A stretch of 63,986 bases of DNA, filler included, from Lama guanicoe (GCA_013239625.1; 211 parts of 211 records of this genome joined end to end with filler, not necessarily neighbours in it); one strand, 5' to 3'; positions 37,236 through 50,003 are shown, counted from the first letter of the whole stretch. Notes: generated by a model not told the origin, from the letters alone. Program-made: numbers and translations.

Positions 37236-39159
37236 NNNNNNNNNNNNNNNNNNNNNNNNNNNNNNNNNNNNNNNNNNNNTTAATTAATTAANNNNNNNNN
37301 NNNNNNNNNNNNNNNNNNNNNNNNNNNNNNNNNNNATGGGTAATGTGTGGACGTGGGGGGTAAGCACCAGAGGGAGGAGCTGTAGAGGCAGTCCAGGGGT
37401 GTGAGAGCCTGGGAGCACACCACACCTGGGAGACGTTCTGTAGGCCCAAAGCAGAAGGTCAGAGAGGGAGAAGAAGGTGAAAAGTCTAGCAAGAGTATGT
37501 GGTATGCTGTCAACTTCAAGGGAAAGAATTACCCCTGTANNNNNNNNNNNNNNNNNNNNNNNNNNNNNNNNNNNNNNNNNNNNTTAATTAATTAANNNNN
37601 NNNNNNNNNNNNNNNNNNNNNNNNNNNNNNNNNNNNNNNGTAACTCCATCAGAATCCTTTATTCCTTCCGAGCTGTGACCCAGAAAAAACCCATTTGTGG
37701 TGCACACAGCTTCCTGCCTGCTTGGAATTCGTGAGCACAGAACCGCTTGCTTCGGGCGCCCCTGGTGCTGGGTGGAGAAGGGGGAGGCCCGGCTGGCGGG
37801 AGCCAGGCCCAGGCTGGCTGGAGGCACAGGCGCTCAGTGGCCTNNNNNNNNNNNNNNNNNNNNNNNNNNNNNNNNNNNNNNNNNNNNTTAATTAATTAAN
37901 NNNNNNNNNNNNNNNNNNNNNNNNNNNNNNNNNNNNNNNNNNNTTGATCTTGGTACCCATTCTACAGTGTAAATGTATATCAAATCATCACATTGTATGC
38001 TTTAAATACATACAACTATTATTAGTCAATTACTGCTCAAAAATTTTTTTAATAAAGGTAATTTATTGGTTCACTCAGTTGAAAATACAGGGTACACAAT
38101 GTACATTATATATCCAGTAACTATTTATCCTTTTCTTGTTTGTTTGANNNNNNNNNNNNNNNNNNNNNNNNNNNNNNNNNNNNNNNNNNNNTTAATTAAT
38201 TAANNNNNNNNNNNNNNNNNNNNNNNNNNNNNNNNNNNNNNNNNNNNCACCGTGTTCATGGGGATGCATTGGCCAAGCCGGAGCCAAGTGCCTTCCGTGG
38301 AGCCACCTGGGCTGATAGCAGGAAGAAGGGGCATGAGGGGAAGGGGGGGCAGCTTGGCTACCCCAGGGGTGACAGTAGGTTTCTTCTCTCTTTAACCTCC
38401 ATGTCGGACCTCAGTATTTTCAGCTTCCTGGCACATCTTTCCCCTTCTGGANNNNNNNNNNNNNNNNNNNNNNNNNNNNNNNNNNNNNNNNNNNNTTAAT
38501 TAATTAANNNNNNNNNNNNNNNNNNNNNNNNNNNNNNNNNNNNNNNNNNNNCACTTTTCTCTACTCCTAATAAACTTCTGTTCCCACCTCATTCAGACCT
38601 CGGCTCAGCTATCATCTCCTCTGGCCCCACTGCCACGCCACATCCTGTCCCTTTAAGTGCTTTATTTTAACGCAAACCGCATACAATCCCTGCATCATGT
38701 TCTATATTTGTTTGTTTATAGTCTCTCTCCCCCACTAGACATTCAGCTGCACGAGNNNNNNNNNNNNNNNNNNNNNNNNNNNNNNNNNNNNNNNNNNNNT
38801 TAATTAATTAANNNNNNNNNNNNNNNNNNNNNNNNNNNNNNNNNNNNNNNNNNNNTTCCTTGCTGGCTAACTTCATCTCTTCTCGGAGGATTCCACTAAG
38901 ATGTTCACTTCCTTCAGAAATCTTCCCTTGCGATCTTTCCATCTTGGTGGACCCCTCCCTGAATTTCTATTTCCATGCCCGAGTCTGTCCGCTCCCCCGA
39001 GTTCCTGCAAAAGACTTTTATCTCTATGTCTCTGTGTGTCTCTGCCCAGTGCCTCAAGANNNNNNNNNNNNNNNNNNNNNNNNNNNNNNNNNNNNNNNNN
39101 NNNTTAATTAATTAANNNNNNNNNNNNNNNNNNNNNNNNNNNNNNNNNNNNNNNNNNNN

Positions 39160-39363
39160 AGCCTGAAATCTCTGAAGCATTAAAGAAATCATATTACTTT
39201 TTCATTGAGTTATTAGTCAATTTTTTCAACAATGAATATCCAGGCTCAGATGGCATAATCAGTGAGTTCTATCCAACAACCAAATAAGAAATAAGTATAG
39301 TCTTATAAAACCTCACAGGAAATTTTTAAAAGGATACACTCTCCTATTTATATAGGTAGAAAA
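39160..39363 (+). mobile_element. Old L1 ORF2 fragment
   Basis: ccaggctcagatggcataatcagtgagttctat corresponds to the PGPDGFTGEFY motif. Confidence 0.75.
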
Positions 39364-39767
39364 NNNNNNNNNNNNNNNNNNNNNNNNNNNNNNNNNNNNN
39401 NNNNNNNTTAATTAATTAANNNNNNNNNNNNNNNNNNNNNNNNNNNNNNNNNNNNNNNNNNNNCACCTGGGCGGGTCCTCAGGGAGGCCCCAGGCCTCAC
39501 GCTGTCCCTCCTCACCTGGACCCCAGGTGGCCTCCTCCCCTGTGGCTGGCAGGCCAGGCTCCAGCTCGGCGGCCTCTCAGCTCCAGGCGGCCTTGCAACT
39601 CCACCCGTGCTGTGTGCCGGGCGCTCACCCGGGACCTTGACCCCTGGCCGTCCGGCCCCACCTTCCANNNNNNNNNNNNNNNNNNNNNNNNNNNNNNNNN
39701 NNNNNNNNNNNTTAATTAATTAANNNNNNNNNNNNNNNNNNNNNNNNNNNNNNNNNNNNNNNNNNNN

Positions 39768-39875
39768 ATGGTGGTGATGGTTGTACAACAACATAAATGT
39801 ACCTAATGTCACTGATTGGTAAGCTTAAAAATGGTTAAGGTAGTAACTTTTATGCTATGTATGTTTTATCACAAA
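39768..39875 (+). mobile_element. L1MB-type 3' UTR end
   Basis: atggtggtgatggttgtacaaca...aaatgtacctaatgtcactga...ttaaaaatggttaa. Confidence 0.85.
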
Positions 39876-40096
39876 AAGCGGGAGTGGAAAGTTAAGTGAA
39901 AAAAGAGGAATAAGAACATGGAAGAGAATGGTTTGGAAGGAAATATGCACAGGCACCCCAGTCAGTCCTTANNNNNNNNNNNNNNNNNNNNNNNNNNNNN
40001 NNNNNNNNNNNNNNNTTAATTAATTAANNNNNNNNNNNNNNNNNNNNNNNNNNNNNNNNNNNNNNNNNNNNGACAGATTGCTGCCCTTGTGGAGCT

Positions 40097-40275
40097 TCAT
40101 CATTGCCATCATCACCTCCATCACTGTCAACATCACCACCATCATCTCCATCATCACCAAAAGCATCTTCACCATCAACACCATCATCTCCATCACCATC
40201 ATCTCCTTCATCAGCGTCACCTCCATCACCATCATCTCCATCATCACCATCATCTCCATCATCACCACGACCATC
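40097..40275. repeat. Imperfect (CAT/CAC/CTC)n triplet repeat
   Basis: Direct read; stop-free in several frames because of its composition. Confidence 0.95.
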
Positions 40276-41287
40276 NNNNNNNNNNNNNNNNNNNNNNNNN
40301 NNNNNNNNNNNNNNNNNNNTTAATTAATTAANNNNNNNNNNNNNNNNNNNNNNNNNNNNNNNNNNNNNNNNNNNNTTTTTTATTATGAATGAGTGGGTTT
40401 TGCAGGAAGCATCTATGAAAATGGTTCCTTTTCTTTATTCTGTTAATGTGGTAGATTGCATTGATTTTCAAACGTTAAATCAACATTTCATTCTTAGAAG
40501 AAACCCTACTTGGTCATGACATATTATATATTGCTAGAGTCAATTTGTTAATTTCTTTGTTTAGAATTTTTGTACCTATNNNNNNNNNNNNNNNNNNNNN
40601 NNNNNNNNNNNNNNNNNNNNNNNTTAATTAATTAANNNNNNNNNNNNNNNNNNNNNNNNNNNNNNNNNNNNNNNNNNNNTTTCTAATGCCTTTTCTGTTT
40701 CATTTAAAGAGGTGCTTTTAAGCAGACAACTCTCAGCCGAAGTCTGTTATACCTGTAGGGAAAGTATAATCTTACTTTTACTTTATAAATTCTTTGCTTC
40801 TTTTTTTTTTGTTTATTTCCATATGTGTCACAATTGAGGGCCCAGAGGACTTGAGGATGCCTTTGCACCTTGGCCACAGCACANNNNNNNNNNNNNNNNN
40901 NNNNNNNNNNNNNNNNNNNNNNNNNNNTTAATTAATTAANNNNNNNNNNNNNNNNNNNNNNNNNNNNNNNNNNNNNNNNNNNNGGAGTGGGGACAGAGGA
41001 GGCCCAGAGGCGGATGTGGGAGGCTGCTAGGAAGGAAGGTGAGGTGATGGATAACCGGGTGGAGATGGAGTTGAAGAGACCAGGAGGGCACGTTAGCGCC
41101 GTGGCGCATCTACCAGCCCTGCTTGACAAACAAGCCGGACCCAGGATGCCACCCTCCAAGCGGCATCCCTGCTGGGTCTGGCCTAGGNNNNNNNNNNNNN
41201 NNNNNNNNNNNNNNNNNNNNNNNNNNNNNNNTTAATTAATTAANNNNNNNNNNNNNNNNNNNNNNNNNNNNNNNNNNNNNNNNNNNN

Positions 41288-41491
41288 TAAAGGACATTCT
41301 TGCCAGGTAGATTATTCTTGGTTACCGGGGGCGTTCAGGCAGGCAGGTTCCCAGCACTTTGAGTGTATCATCCCACTCTCTCCTGGCCTTCAAGGTTTCT
41401 GCTGAGAAACTGATGATAGTCTTATGGGGATTTCCTTGTGTATGATGAGTAGTTTTCTCTTGCTGTTTTCAAAATTCCCTCTTTGTCTTTG
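41288..41491 (-). mobile_element. L1 ORF1-region fragment
   Basis: cagcactttgagtgtatcatcccactctctcctggccttcaaggtttctgctgagaaa...tcttgctgttttcaaaatt. Confidence 0.9.
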
Positions 41492-42503
41492 NNNNNNNNN
41501 NNNNNNNNNNNNNNNNNNNNNNNNNNNNNNNNNNNTTAATTAATTAANNNNNNNNNNNNNNNNNNNNNNNNNNNNNNNNNNNNNNNNNNNNTTTTTTCCC
41601 CATTCTTAGGTTGTCTTTAAAAACAGAATTTTTATACTATTTTGTGGTAACATGGGCGTGACTATGGAAATGGTTGGTACTATAGAGAGGCTCTCCAATT
41701 ATTTCCTGGAAGTGTATCAAAAAAAGTCATTGAGCTTAATCATGAATTATACATTTTTAAGCAAAAAGATATGTCCCGAATTTGCTAGTATTTTTNNNNN
41801 NNNNNNNNNNNNNNNNNNNNNNNNNNNNNNNNNNNNNNNTTAATTAATTAANNNNNNNNNNNNNNNNNNNNNNNNNNNNNNNNNNNNNNNNNNNNTGTGG
41901 CTACCTGAGGTCTAGGCTCCAGAGAATTAATTTCCAAAATATGTTTCTCATGGGCCTCCATCCAGCTAAGACCTTGGACCCTGGAGGCAGGTTGCCTGAT
42001 CCAAAACTCGGTTCTATCATTCAGTATCTCAGAACCATTGGCAAGTTGGTTGAACTTGGGAAATTTACTTAAACTTTTAATACCTCTGTTTTCACATTTN
42101 NNNNNNNNNNNNNNNNNNNNNNNNNNNNNNNNNNNNNNNNNNNTTAATTAATTAANNNNNNNNNNNNNNNNNNNNNNNNNNNNNNNNNNNNNNNNNNNNC
42201 TTTTCAGAGTTAGGTGCGTAGTTTTAAGGAAAAGGAAGAAAAGAAACACGAAAGACATGGAAGAAATTTGTAACTTAAAAGAATACACGTGGAGTTTATA
42301 ATAAAAAAGAAAGTAAACAATAGGATAAAGTCTAGCACAGAAGGAAATTTTAATGTTTTCAATAGATTTCGAGGAATAGATAGATTCTCTGGAGAAAAAA
42401 GTTNNNNNNNNNNNNNNNNNNNNNNNNNNNNNNNNNNNNNNNNNNNNTTAATTAATTAANNNNNNNNNNNNNNNNNNNNNNNNNNNNNNNNNNNNNNNNN
42501 NNN

Positions 42504-42707
42504 AGAAGAAAAATAGGAACAAACCTAAATGTCCACCAATAGAGGAAACAATATTTTTTCTATTTGCAGATGATATATCTGATAAGGGGTTAATAGCCAA
42601 ACTACACAAAAAACGCATCAACTCAACATCAATAAAGCAAACAACCCAACTTAAAAATGGGCAGAAGACCTGAACAGACATTTTTCCAAAGAAGACACAC
42701 AGGTGAC
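42504..42707 (+). mobile_element. L1 ORF2 fragments (two non-collinear pieces)
   Basis: aacctaaatgtccaccaatag, then atatctgataaggggttaata...aaaatgggcagaagacctgaacagacatttttccaaagaagac. Confidence 0.92.
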
Positions 42708-43179
42708 NNNNNNNNNNNNNNNNNNNNNNNNNNNNNNNNNNNNNNNNNNNNTTAATTAATTAANNNNNNNNNNNNNNNNNNNNNNNNNNNNNNNNNNNNN
42801 NNNNNNNTCAGTGGAAGCCAGACCTGCCGGGGCCAGCTCTGATCCACCTCCTCAGTAAGCTCAGGGCTTTGCCTTGCCACTTCCCAAAAGAATAGACGGC
42901 AGAGCGGCGTGAGGGCTGAGCACCCCCGCTTTGGAGTCGGGGATGGGTGGGCTCAGTTCAGCACCCTCTGCTCGTGACCTCAAGCAAGTTCCAAGTCTGT
43001 CTAGCCAAAATNNNNNNNNNNNNNNNNNNNNNNNNNNNNNNNNNNNNNNNNNNNNTTAATTAATTAANNNNNNNNNNNNNNNNNNNNNNNNNNNNNNNNN
43101 NNNNNNNNNNNGTAGAGTCCCAGAGAAGTAAGCAAGTAAGGATTACTCCTACTCTATGTTAATGTTTTTACCATTTTAA

Positions 43180-43315
43180 ATACTCCCCAAAGATGTCCAC
43201 AACTTGATCCCTCAGACCGTGGTTGCCCTACATTATATAGTGCAAGGGACTTTGCAGATGTGATTGAGGCTAGGGACTCTGAAATGGGAAAATTACCCTG
43301 GATTATCTGGGTGGA
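43180..43315 (+). mobile_element. MaLR LTR (MLT1C/D-type)
   Basis: ccccaaagatgtccac...gggactttgcagatgtgatt...ccctggattatctgggtgg. Confidence 0.88.
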
Positions 43316-43719
43316 NNNNNNNNNNNNNNNNNNNNNNNNNNNNNNNNNNNNNNNNNNNNTTAATTAATTAANNNNNNNNNNNNNNNNNNNNNNNNNNNNN
43401 NNNNNNNNNNNNNNNGCCTCCTCCTACTTACCCAAACCAATTTCTGAGTGTGACCGCTATGTTCTACCAGGTGCCTCTTGCCTGGACGCCCCCCTCCCCC
43501 CTTCCTTTCCTATTCTGGTCCTAGGCATCTTCAACATCTAGTTGAATCTCTCAAACCCACAAAAGTCTCTGGATAGTTTTCTCTGTACCTCCCCCATTTC
43601 TTTTTCCTTCCCAACAAACNNNNNNNNNNNNNNNNNNNNNNNNNNNNNNNNNNNNNNNNNNNNTTAATTAATTAANNNNNNNNNNNNNNNNNNNNNNNNN
43701 NNNNNNNNNNNNNNNNNNN

Positions 43720-43923
43720 TTTCTGTTTATTATTGGTTTTGAGTAATTTGGTTATGATGTGCCTTGATGTCTTTTCTTTATTCTTCCTCTGCTTCAGGTT
43801 CATTGAGTTCCTTGAATACGCGGATTTAGTTTTCATTAAGTTCGGAAAAATTTCAATCATTTATCCTATTTTTCTTTTCTGTTCTTCTCTTCTTCAGGGA
43901 CTTGAACTCCACATATATTAGTC
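43720..43923 (-). mobile_element. Old L1 ORF1 fragment
   Basis: Translation EIFPNLMKT...TSRHIITKLLKT matches L1 ORF1. Confidence 0.85.
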
Positions 43924-44689
43924 NNNNNNNNNNNNNNNNNNNNNNNNNNNNNNNNNNNNNNNNNNNNTTAATTAATTAANNNNNNNNNNNNNNNNNNNNN
44001 NNNNNNNNNNNNNNNNNNNNNNNGCAGCACCATTATCAGGGTGGATCAAGTTCGTCTCAGTCGTATGGTACATCAACAGTCATTGCACTTGCCTTCTTCA
44101 TGTTTTGTAACGAAATCTAACAGTTATATATGGAGGATGCTGGTATCAAAGGGGAGACAGACAAGAAGGAGGGTACTTACCCTTTTCCTGGGCTATCTGT
44201 CCAAGTTCATGGCGCCGTCATGTGCTCNNNNNNNNNNNNNNNNNNNNNNNNNNNNNNNNNNNNNNNNNNNNTTAATTAATTAANNNNNNNNNNNNNNNNN
44301 NNNNNNNNNNNNNNNNNNNNNNNNNNNAGCAGTTCCCATGTTGTAAGAAATCTATGGGCTTATTGAACAAAGGATCCATGGATTAAGCCTCTGGAATCTC
44401 TGATTCTTGCTATGTGTGTTTGGTCTCTATAAAGAGCAGCAATGATATTTTTGCAGGACAGAAATTTAAACACTGGGGTAGGGGGCAGGCTCAGAGAATG
44501 TGGGAATGTTGTGTCCTTTATCCACAGAATTNNNNNNNNNNNNNNNNNNNNNNNNNNNNNNNNNNNNNNNNNNNNTTAATTAATTAANNNNNNNNNNNNN
44601 NNNNNNNNNNNNNNNNNNNNNNNNNNNNNNNGGCGGGCATTCAGGGTGCGGACACAGCCGTGTGCCAGCAGGAGGGGAGCAGAGCCAGC

Positions 44690-44835
44690 ACATGGGTTTG
44701 GAGTCCACCAGGCCCAGGGCTGAATTCCCACTCTGCCACCTCCTGACTGTGACTGTGGCCAGGTCATTAAGTGTAGACCCATTTCACAGCCACAAAGAGG
44801 AGGCAATGATCTCTGACTTATAACATGCGGAGATG
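44690..44835 (+). mobile_element. MIR SINE remnant
   Basis: tttggagtc...ggctgaattcccactctgccac...ctgtgac...aggtcattaa. Confidence 0.65.
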
Positions 44836-45659
44836 NNNNNNNNNNNNNNNNNNNNNNNNNNNNNNNNNNNNNNNNNNNNTTAATTAATTAANNNNNNNNN
44901 NNNNNNNNNNNNNNNNNNNNNNNNNNNNNNNNNNNGGAGGTGGCAGACACTCGCACGCAGGGCACGAGAAGCCCACTCCCCCCCCGCCCCGCCGTGGCTG
45001 CGCTTCGTCGTCGCGCCCTCTGCAGAGCCTTCCCTGCTGCCCCAGACTCACTCAGTGCGCGCTCGGTCACTCTGTCCTGGTGCTCAGACTCTCTGTGCTA
45101 GTTCCTTTTAAGTATTTTTCTCTCTCTCTGTATTAAAATNNNNNNNNNNNNNNNNNNNNNNNNNNNNNNNNNNNNNNNNNNNNTTAATTAATTAANNNNN
45201 NNNNNNNNNNNNNNNNNNNNNNNNNNNNNNNNNNNNNNNTGCAGTGCCGTGCCTTTTGTGAGTAATCAATATATAAATGTATATTTACTTGTTTGAATAA
45301 ATTTCAAGAAAAAAGAAATATGACTTAGGAAGGAGAATTTGAGAGATCACAAGGCATGGATTCTGCATAATGAGTCAGTTTAGCAAGGCTAAACTGGTCT
45401 TCTCACGCTGATGGAGAGATGGACATTGGGAAGGTGGGGATTTNNNNNNNNNNNNNNNNNNNNNNNNNNNNNNNNNNNNNNNNNNNNTTAATTAATTAAN
45501 NNNNNNNNNNNNNNNNNNNNNNNNNNNNNNNNNNNNNNNNNNNGTATTTTTCATTGATGACATAATCTGACTTCAAAAGCAAGTGGATGGTGGTGTGATT
45601 TTCGACTCTGGCCCAACGAGTGGGTTTGACGTAAAAGGCCGCAGGAGGCTGATGTCCGG

Positions 45660-45691
45660 GACTAACGGGCGGGTTTGTGCTTTGATTGCAG
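45660..45691 (+). promoter_or_regulatory. Branch point and 3' splice site of the OCA2 exon
   Basis: GACTAAC (45660-45666), close to the TACTAAC consensus, followed by tttgattgcag. Confidence 0.65.
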
Positions 45692-45747
45692 AGGCCCAGC
45701 CTGACCCACGTGGTGGAGTGGATTGATTTCGAGACCCTGGCTCTGCT
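45692..45747 (+). CDS. OCA2: P protein (melanosomal transporter), partial exon
   Basis: After the acceptor: RPSLTHVVEWIDFETLAL, matching the recalled OCA2 sequence at a phase-0 exon start. Confidence 0.93.
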
Positions 45748-46761
45748 NNNNNNNNNNNNNNNNNNNNNNNNNNNNNNNNNNNNNNNNNNNNTTAATTAAT
45801 TAANNNNNNNNNNNNNNNNNNNNNNNNNNNNNNNNNNNNNNNNNNNNTTTTTTTTAAGCACAGCAGCCACACGCCGCGTCTCTGCCCTGAGGAATGTGGA
45901 GAAGTCTGTAATGGGGAGGCCTCAAGCCCTCACTGCCTGCCGGCACGCTCCTTCACTCCGTCACTCCAAGGTCTCTGTGTGTGCTCTGCATTCAGACAGA
46001 ATGCCTGCACTTTGTAAAGCAGGAGGATTTCCATCTTCCCTAATCCCCACTNNNNNNNNNNNNNNNNNNNNNNNNNNNNNNNNNNNNNNNNNNNNTTAAT
46101 TAATTAANNNNNNNNNNNNNNNNNNNNNNNNNNNNNNNNNNNNNNNNNNNNCCCTCCTGCTGTGCCAGAGGTTCCTGGCTTTCTGTGGCTTTCACCCAGA
46201 GCCCTTAGCATTGCTTGAGTTCCTTCTTTTGAGAGGCCACGGACTGAGGCATAGCACAGGACCTGAGATGCTCAGGTTGCAATCCCAGCGCCTGTGCTCT
46301 GGGTGACCCCGGGGCAAGCTGTTAATCTTCCTTTCACACCCTCCCTGTGACCCTGNNNNNNNNNNNNNNNNNNNNNNNNNNNNNNNNNNNNNNNNNNNNT
46401 TAATTAATTAANNNNNNNNNNNNNNNNNNNNNNNNNNNNNNNNNNNNNNNNNNNNTTGGTTCAAGTCCTCCTTATAGAAATGTGTACTTTTGTGGAACAA
46501 AGTTGTTTTTATGGAGTATCAGGCAGTCCCCTGCCTGTAAGTTTAATCACTTTTGTGCTGGGATTTTGAACTGTGATTTATGTGCTTGACTGTTATTTAA
46601 CAGACATACGTGTAAATTCTTCCTCTGATATCCTGTGACACCTTTGTTATATTATGCAGNNNNNNNNNNNNNNNNNNNNNNNNNNNNNNNNNNNNNNNNN
46701 NNNTTAATTAATTAANNNNNNNNNNNNNNNNNNNNNNNNNNNNNNNNNNNNNNNNNNNNTG

Positions 46762-46962
46762 GTTGTGACCTACATGGATACTATCAATAGCGGAGCAGTA
46801 CCTCACTTGGAGAACGCAGTGACAACTCTGGCCCATCTGGAGAACTCAGCTGCCATTCAGAAGGCAGACAACCACTACAGCGAATAGATGGCCCAGCGAG
46901 TGAGCTTCCCCACAGACATGCTGCAGGAGCTGCTGGAGGAGCACGCTGCCTGTGAGAGGGAA
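46762..46962 (+). pseudogene. Guanylate-binding protein (GBP4/6/7-type) helical-domain exon with in-frame stop
   Basis: VVTYMDTINSGAVPHLENAVTTLAHLENSAAIQKADNHYSE*MAQRVSFPTDMLQELLEEHAACERE; TAG at 46885-46887 where GBPs have Gln; conserved PCLENA reads PHLENA. Confidence 0.88.
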
Positions 46963-47063
46963 GNNNNNNNNNNNNNNNNNNNNNNNNNNNNNNNNNNNNN
47001 NNNNNNNTTAATTAATTAANNNNNNNNNNNNNNNNNNNNNNNNNNNNNNNNNNNNNNNNNNNN

Positions 47064-47267
47064 TCCCCTAGAGACACACTTCTGGGATAACTGACGCTCG
47101 GTCATCTATCAAAAGCCAGTCTTTTTCTTGATGGTCTCTGATCTCAGTAATCCTGCATTAACAGCATGTGGTCATCACGGCATCTCAGCTGACTGCAGCT
47201 CAGGCCCGCCCCAAAAGTTTCCTAAACCCCACTTCAGTTCCACTCTTTCATGACCTGATTCTATACT
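47064..47267 (+). repeat. Near-duplicate contig of 47976-48179
   Basis: 8 substitutions; first and last 49 bases identical. Confidence 0.97.
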
Positions 47268-47975
47268 NNNNNNNNNNNNNNNNNNNNNNNNNNNNNNNNN
47301 NNNNNNNNNNNTTAATTAATTAANNNNNNNNNNNNNNNNNNNNNNNNNNNNNNNNNNNNNNNNNNNNCATGGGTAGGAGACTTGGGGTTGCAGGGCCACC
47401 AAGTCAGCCAAACTCCAGGGAAACTCCTTCACAGTATCATCTGTGCCCCCTCCACCACCACCACCAGCACCGGTTTTGCAGCATGGAGGCCTGTGTCATC
47501 TGATGCTCTGAATTAATCAGTGTCTTCCCATTAATTTTGGAACAGGGCTCATTAAAGCAGATTTCTGGGCANNNNNNNNNNNNNNNNNNNNNNNNNNNNN
47601 NNNNNNNNNNNNNNNTTAATTAATTAANNNNNNNNNNNNNNNNNNNNNNNNNNNNNNNNNNNNNNNNNNNNGACGAGAGTGGCTTGGACCATTGAGGTAG
47701 CAGAGGAGGTGAAGGAAACAGGTCAGGTTCTGTACGTATTTGGGAAGTATAGCTAGCTGAGCGCACTTTCTGATGGACCCCATGTCAGGTCTAAGGGAAA
47801 AAGAGTAGTAAAGGATGACTCCAAGTTTTTTAGATTTGCTATTGAGGTGGGACAGACCAAGAGTCTAGCATTTCTNNNNNNNNNNNNNNNNNNNNNNNNN
47901 NNNNNNNNNNNNNNNNNNNTTAATTAATTAANNNNNNNNNNNNNNNNNNNNNNNNNNNNNNNNNNNNNNNNNNNN

Positions 47976-48179
47976 TCCCCTAGAGACACACTTCTGGGAT
48001 AACTGACGCTCGGTCATCTATCAAGACCCAGACTTTCTCTTGGTGGTCTCTGATCTCAATAATCCTGCATTAACAGCATGTGGTCATCACGACATCTCAG
48101 CTGACTGCAGCTCAGGCCCGCCCCAAAAGGTTCCTAAACCCCACTTCAGTTCCACTCTTTCATGACCTGATTCTATACT
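47976..48179 (+). repeat. Near-duplicate contig of 47064-47267
   Basis: 8 substitutions; first and last 49 bases identical. Confidence 0.97.
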
Positions 48180-48887
48180 NNNNNNNNNNNNNNNNNNNNN
48201 NNNNNNNNNNNNNNNNNNNNNNNTTAATTAATTAANNNNNNNNNNNNNNNNNNNNNNNNNNNNNNNNNNNNNNNNNNNNAAACAGTGTAACGGTATAAAG
48301 CAAAAGGGAAATGTGAGCAACTTTTAGATAACCCATGAGAAAAGTTGAAATGGAAGCAAAATAATATTTCATTTTATTTTGATTATAAAACTTGAAGAGT
48401 ATTTGATAAAATTTCACAGAATGTAAAAGAGATAGGAGATATTTTTATGAAGAGAACAGCATTTACTTACAATTTGTTCTCTANNNNNNNNNNNNNNNNN
48501 NNNNNNNNNNNNNNNNNNNNNNNNNNNTTAATTAATTAANNNNNNNNNNNNNNNNNNNNNNNNNNNNNNNNNNNNNNNNNNNNCACCATGAGCCACCATA
48601 CTGTCCACCTTGGTTTTGCTCTGAGAAGAAACACCTCCTGTCATGATGGTTCCTACGCCCCATGTGTGTCTACAGGGTGAGATTCTTTCCGCTTATGCGT
48701 GTTCCACCAATATGGAACCAGAAGGCAACTTTATCATTAAGGAAAACTAAAACTGCACAGGCAAAGTAAAATGAGGAGTTGAAAAACNNNNNNNNNNNNN
48801 NNNNNNNNNNNNNNNNNNNNNNNNNNNNNNNTTAATTAATTAANNNNNNNNNNNNNNNNNNNNNNNNNNNNNNNNNNNNNNNNNNNN

Positions 48888-49091
48888 AAAGAAGACATAC
48901 AGATGGCCAGCAGTGCATGAAAAGATGCTCAACATGTCTAATTATTAGAGAAATGGAAATCAAAACTGCAGTGAGATATTACTTCACAGTGGTCAGGATG
49001 GCCAAAATGATCAAAATGTCTACAGATAATAAATTCTGGAGGTGTAGAGAAAAGGGAACACTCTTATGTTGTTGGTGGCAATGTAAATTGA
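48888..49091 (+). mobile_element. L1 ORF2 C-terminal (cysteine-rich region) fragment
   Basis: MKRCSTCLIIREMEIKTAVRYYFTVVRMA...CREKGTLLCCWWQCKL. Confidence 0.93.
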
Positions 49092-49799
49092 NNNNNNNNN
49101 NNNNNNNNNNNNNNNNNNNNNNNNNNNNNNNNNNNTTAATTAATTAANNNNNNNNNNNNNNNNNNNNNNNNNNNNNNNNNNNNNNNNNNNNTTTCAAGAA
49201 AGTTTTAACATGATGTTGAAGGAAGAATTGAGAAACTCATTAATAGCAGCCTTTTAAAGAGCTTCTTTGCATAATTTGAGTAGCAATAAAAATACATTAC
49301 ATGATCATCAGAAAATATTTCCAAGCACCTTTTCTATACTTGTCAATGTTCTTTGTTCTGTGATTGGTCACAGAAATGATGTAAAAAGTCAACCCNNNNN
49401 NNNNNNNNNNNNNNNNNNNNNNNNNNNNNNNNNNNNNNNTTAATTAATTAANNNNNNNNNNNNNNNNNNNNNNNNNNNNNNNNNNNNNNNNNNNNATACA
49501 AATAAAATACATTTGATTCTATATTACAAATCTTGCCTTAGGGACAGAAATTTCACTGAGCATTCTTAAACTGATAAATAGAAAATAGTGATCCTCATCT
49601 GGAACACATCACAACACGAGCACTCATTGTTCATTGCCTGTGACGTATATGTTAAGTATTGTCAATACCACCCATGGATACAAACATACTATTTAGAGGN
49701 NNNNNNNNNNNNNNNNNNNNNNNNNNNNNNNNNNNNNNNNNNNTTAATTAATTAANNNNNNNNNNNNNNNNNNNNNNNNNNNNNNNNNNNNNNNNNNNN

Positions 49800-50003
49800 C
49801 CCTCCCCACCACGTGCCTCATTCATCTTCCTTTTCAGTGTAGAAAATCAGTGACTTAATCCTCCTCCACCACCCTTAGCACTTGGTTCTCTCCGTAGTTC
49901 TAGCCTATCCTCTTCTCACTCATGAATCTCCTGAGATCTCAGCCATCTCTACGAAGATGACCCCCAAATCTGCATCTCCAGCTGAGATCCCCCTCTGAGC
50001 CCA
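49800..50003 (+). mobile_element. L2 LINE remnant
   Basis: gatgacccccaaatctgcatctccagc corresponds to the L2 RT YADD region. Confidence 0.55.

Noticed and set aside
40020..40331. His-rich, Met/Val-rich, Ile/Thr-rich and Ser/Pro-rich ORFs
   Set aside because: All are translations of one imperfect CAT/CAC triplet repeat; there is no splice or homology support.
44180..44227. Minus-strand exon end with GTAAGT donor
   Set aside because: All three frames contain a stop within 48 nt, so no coding call can be supported.
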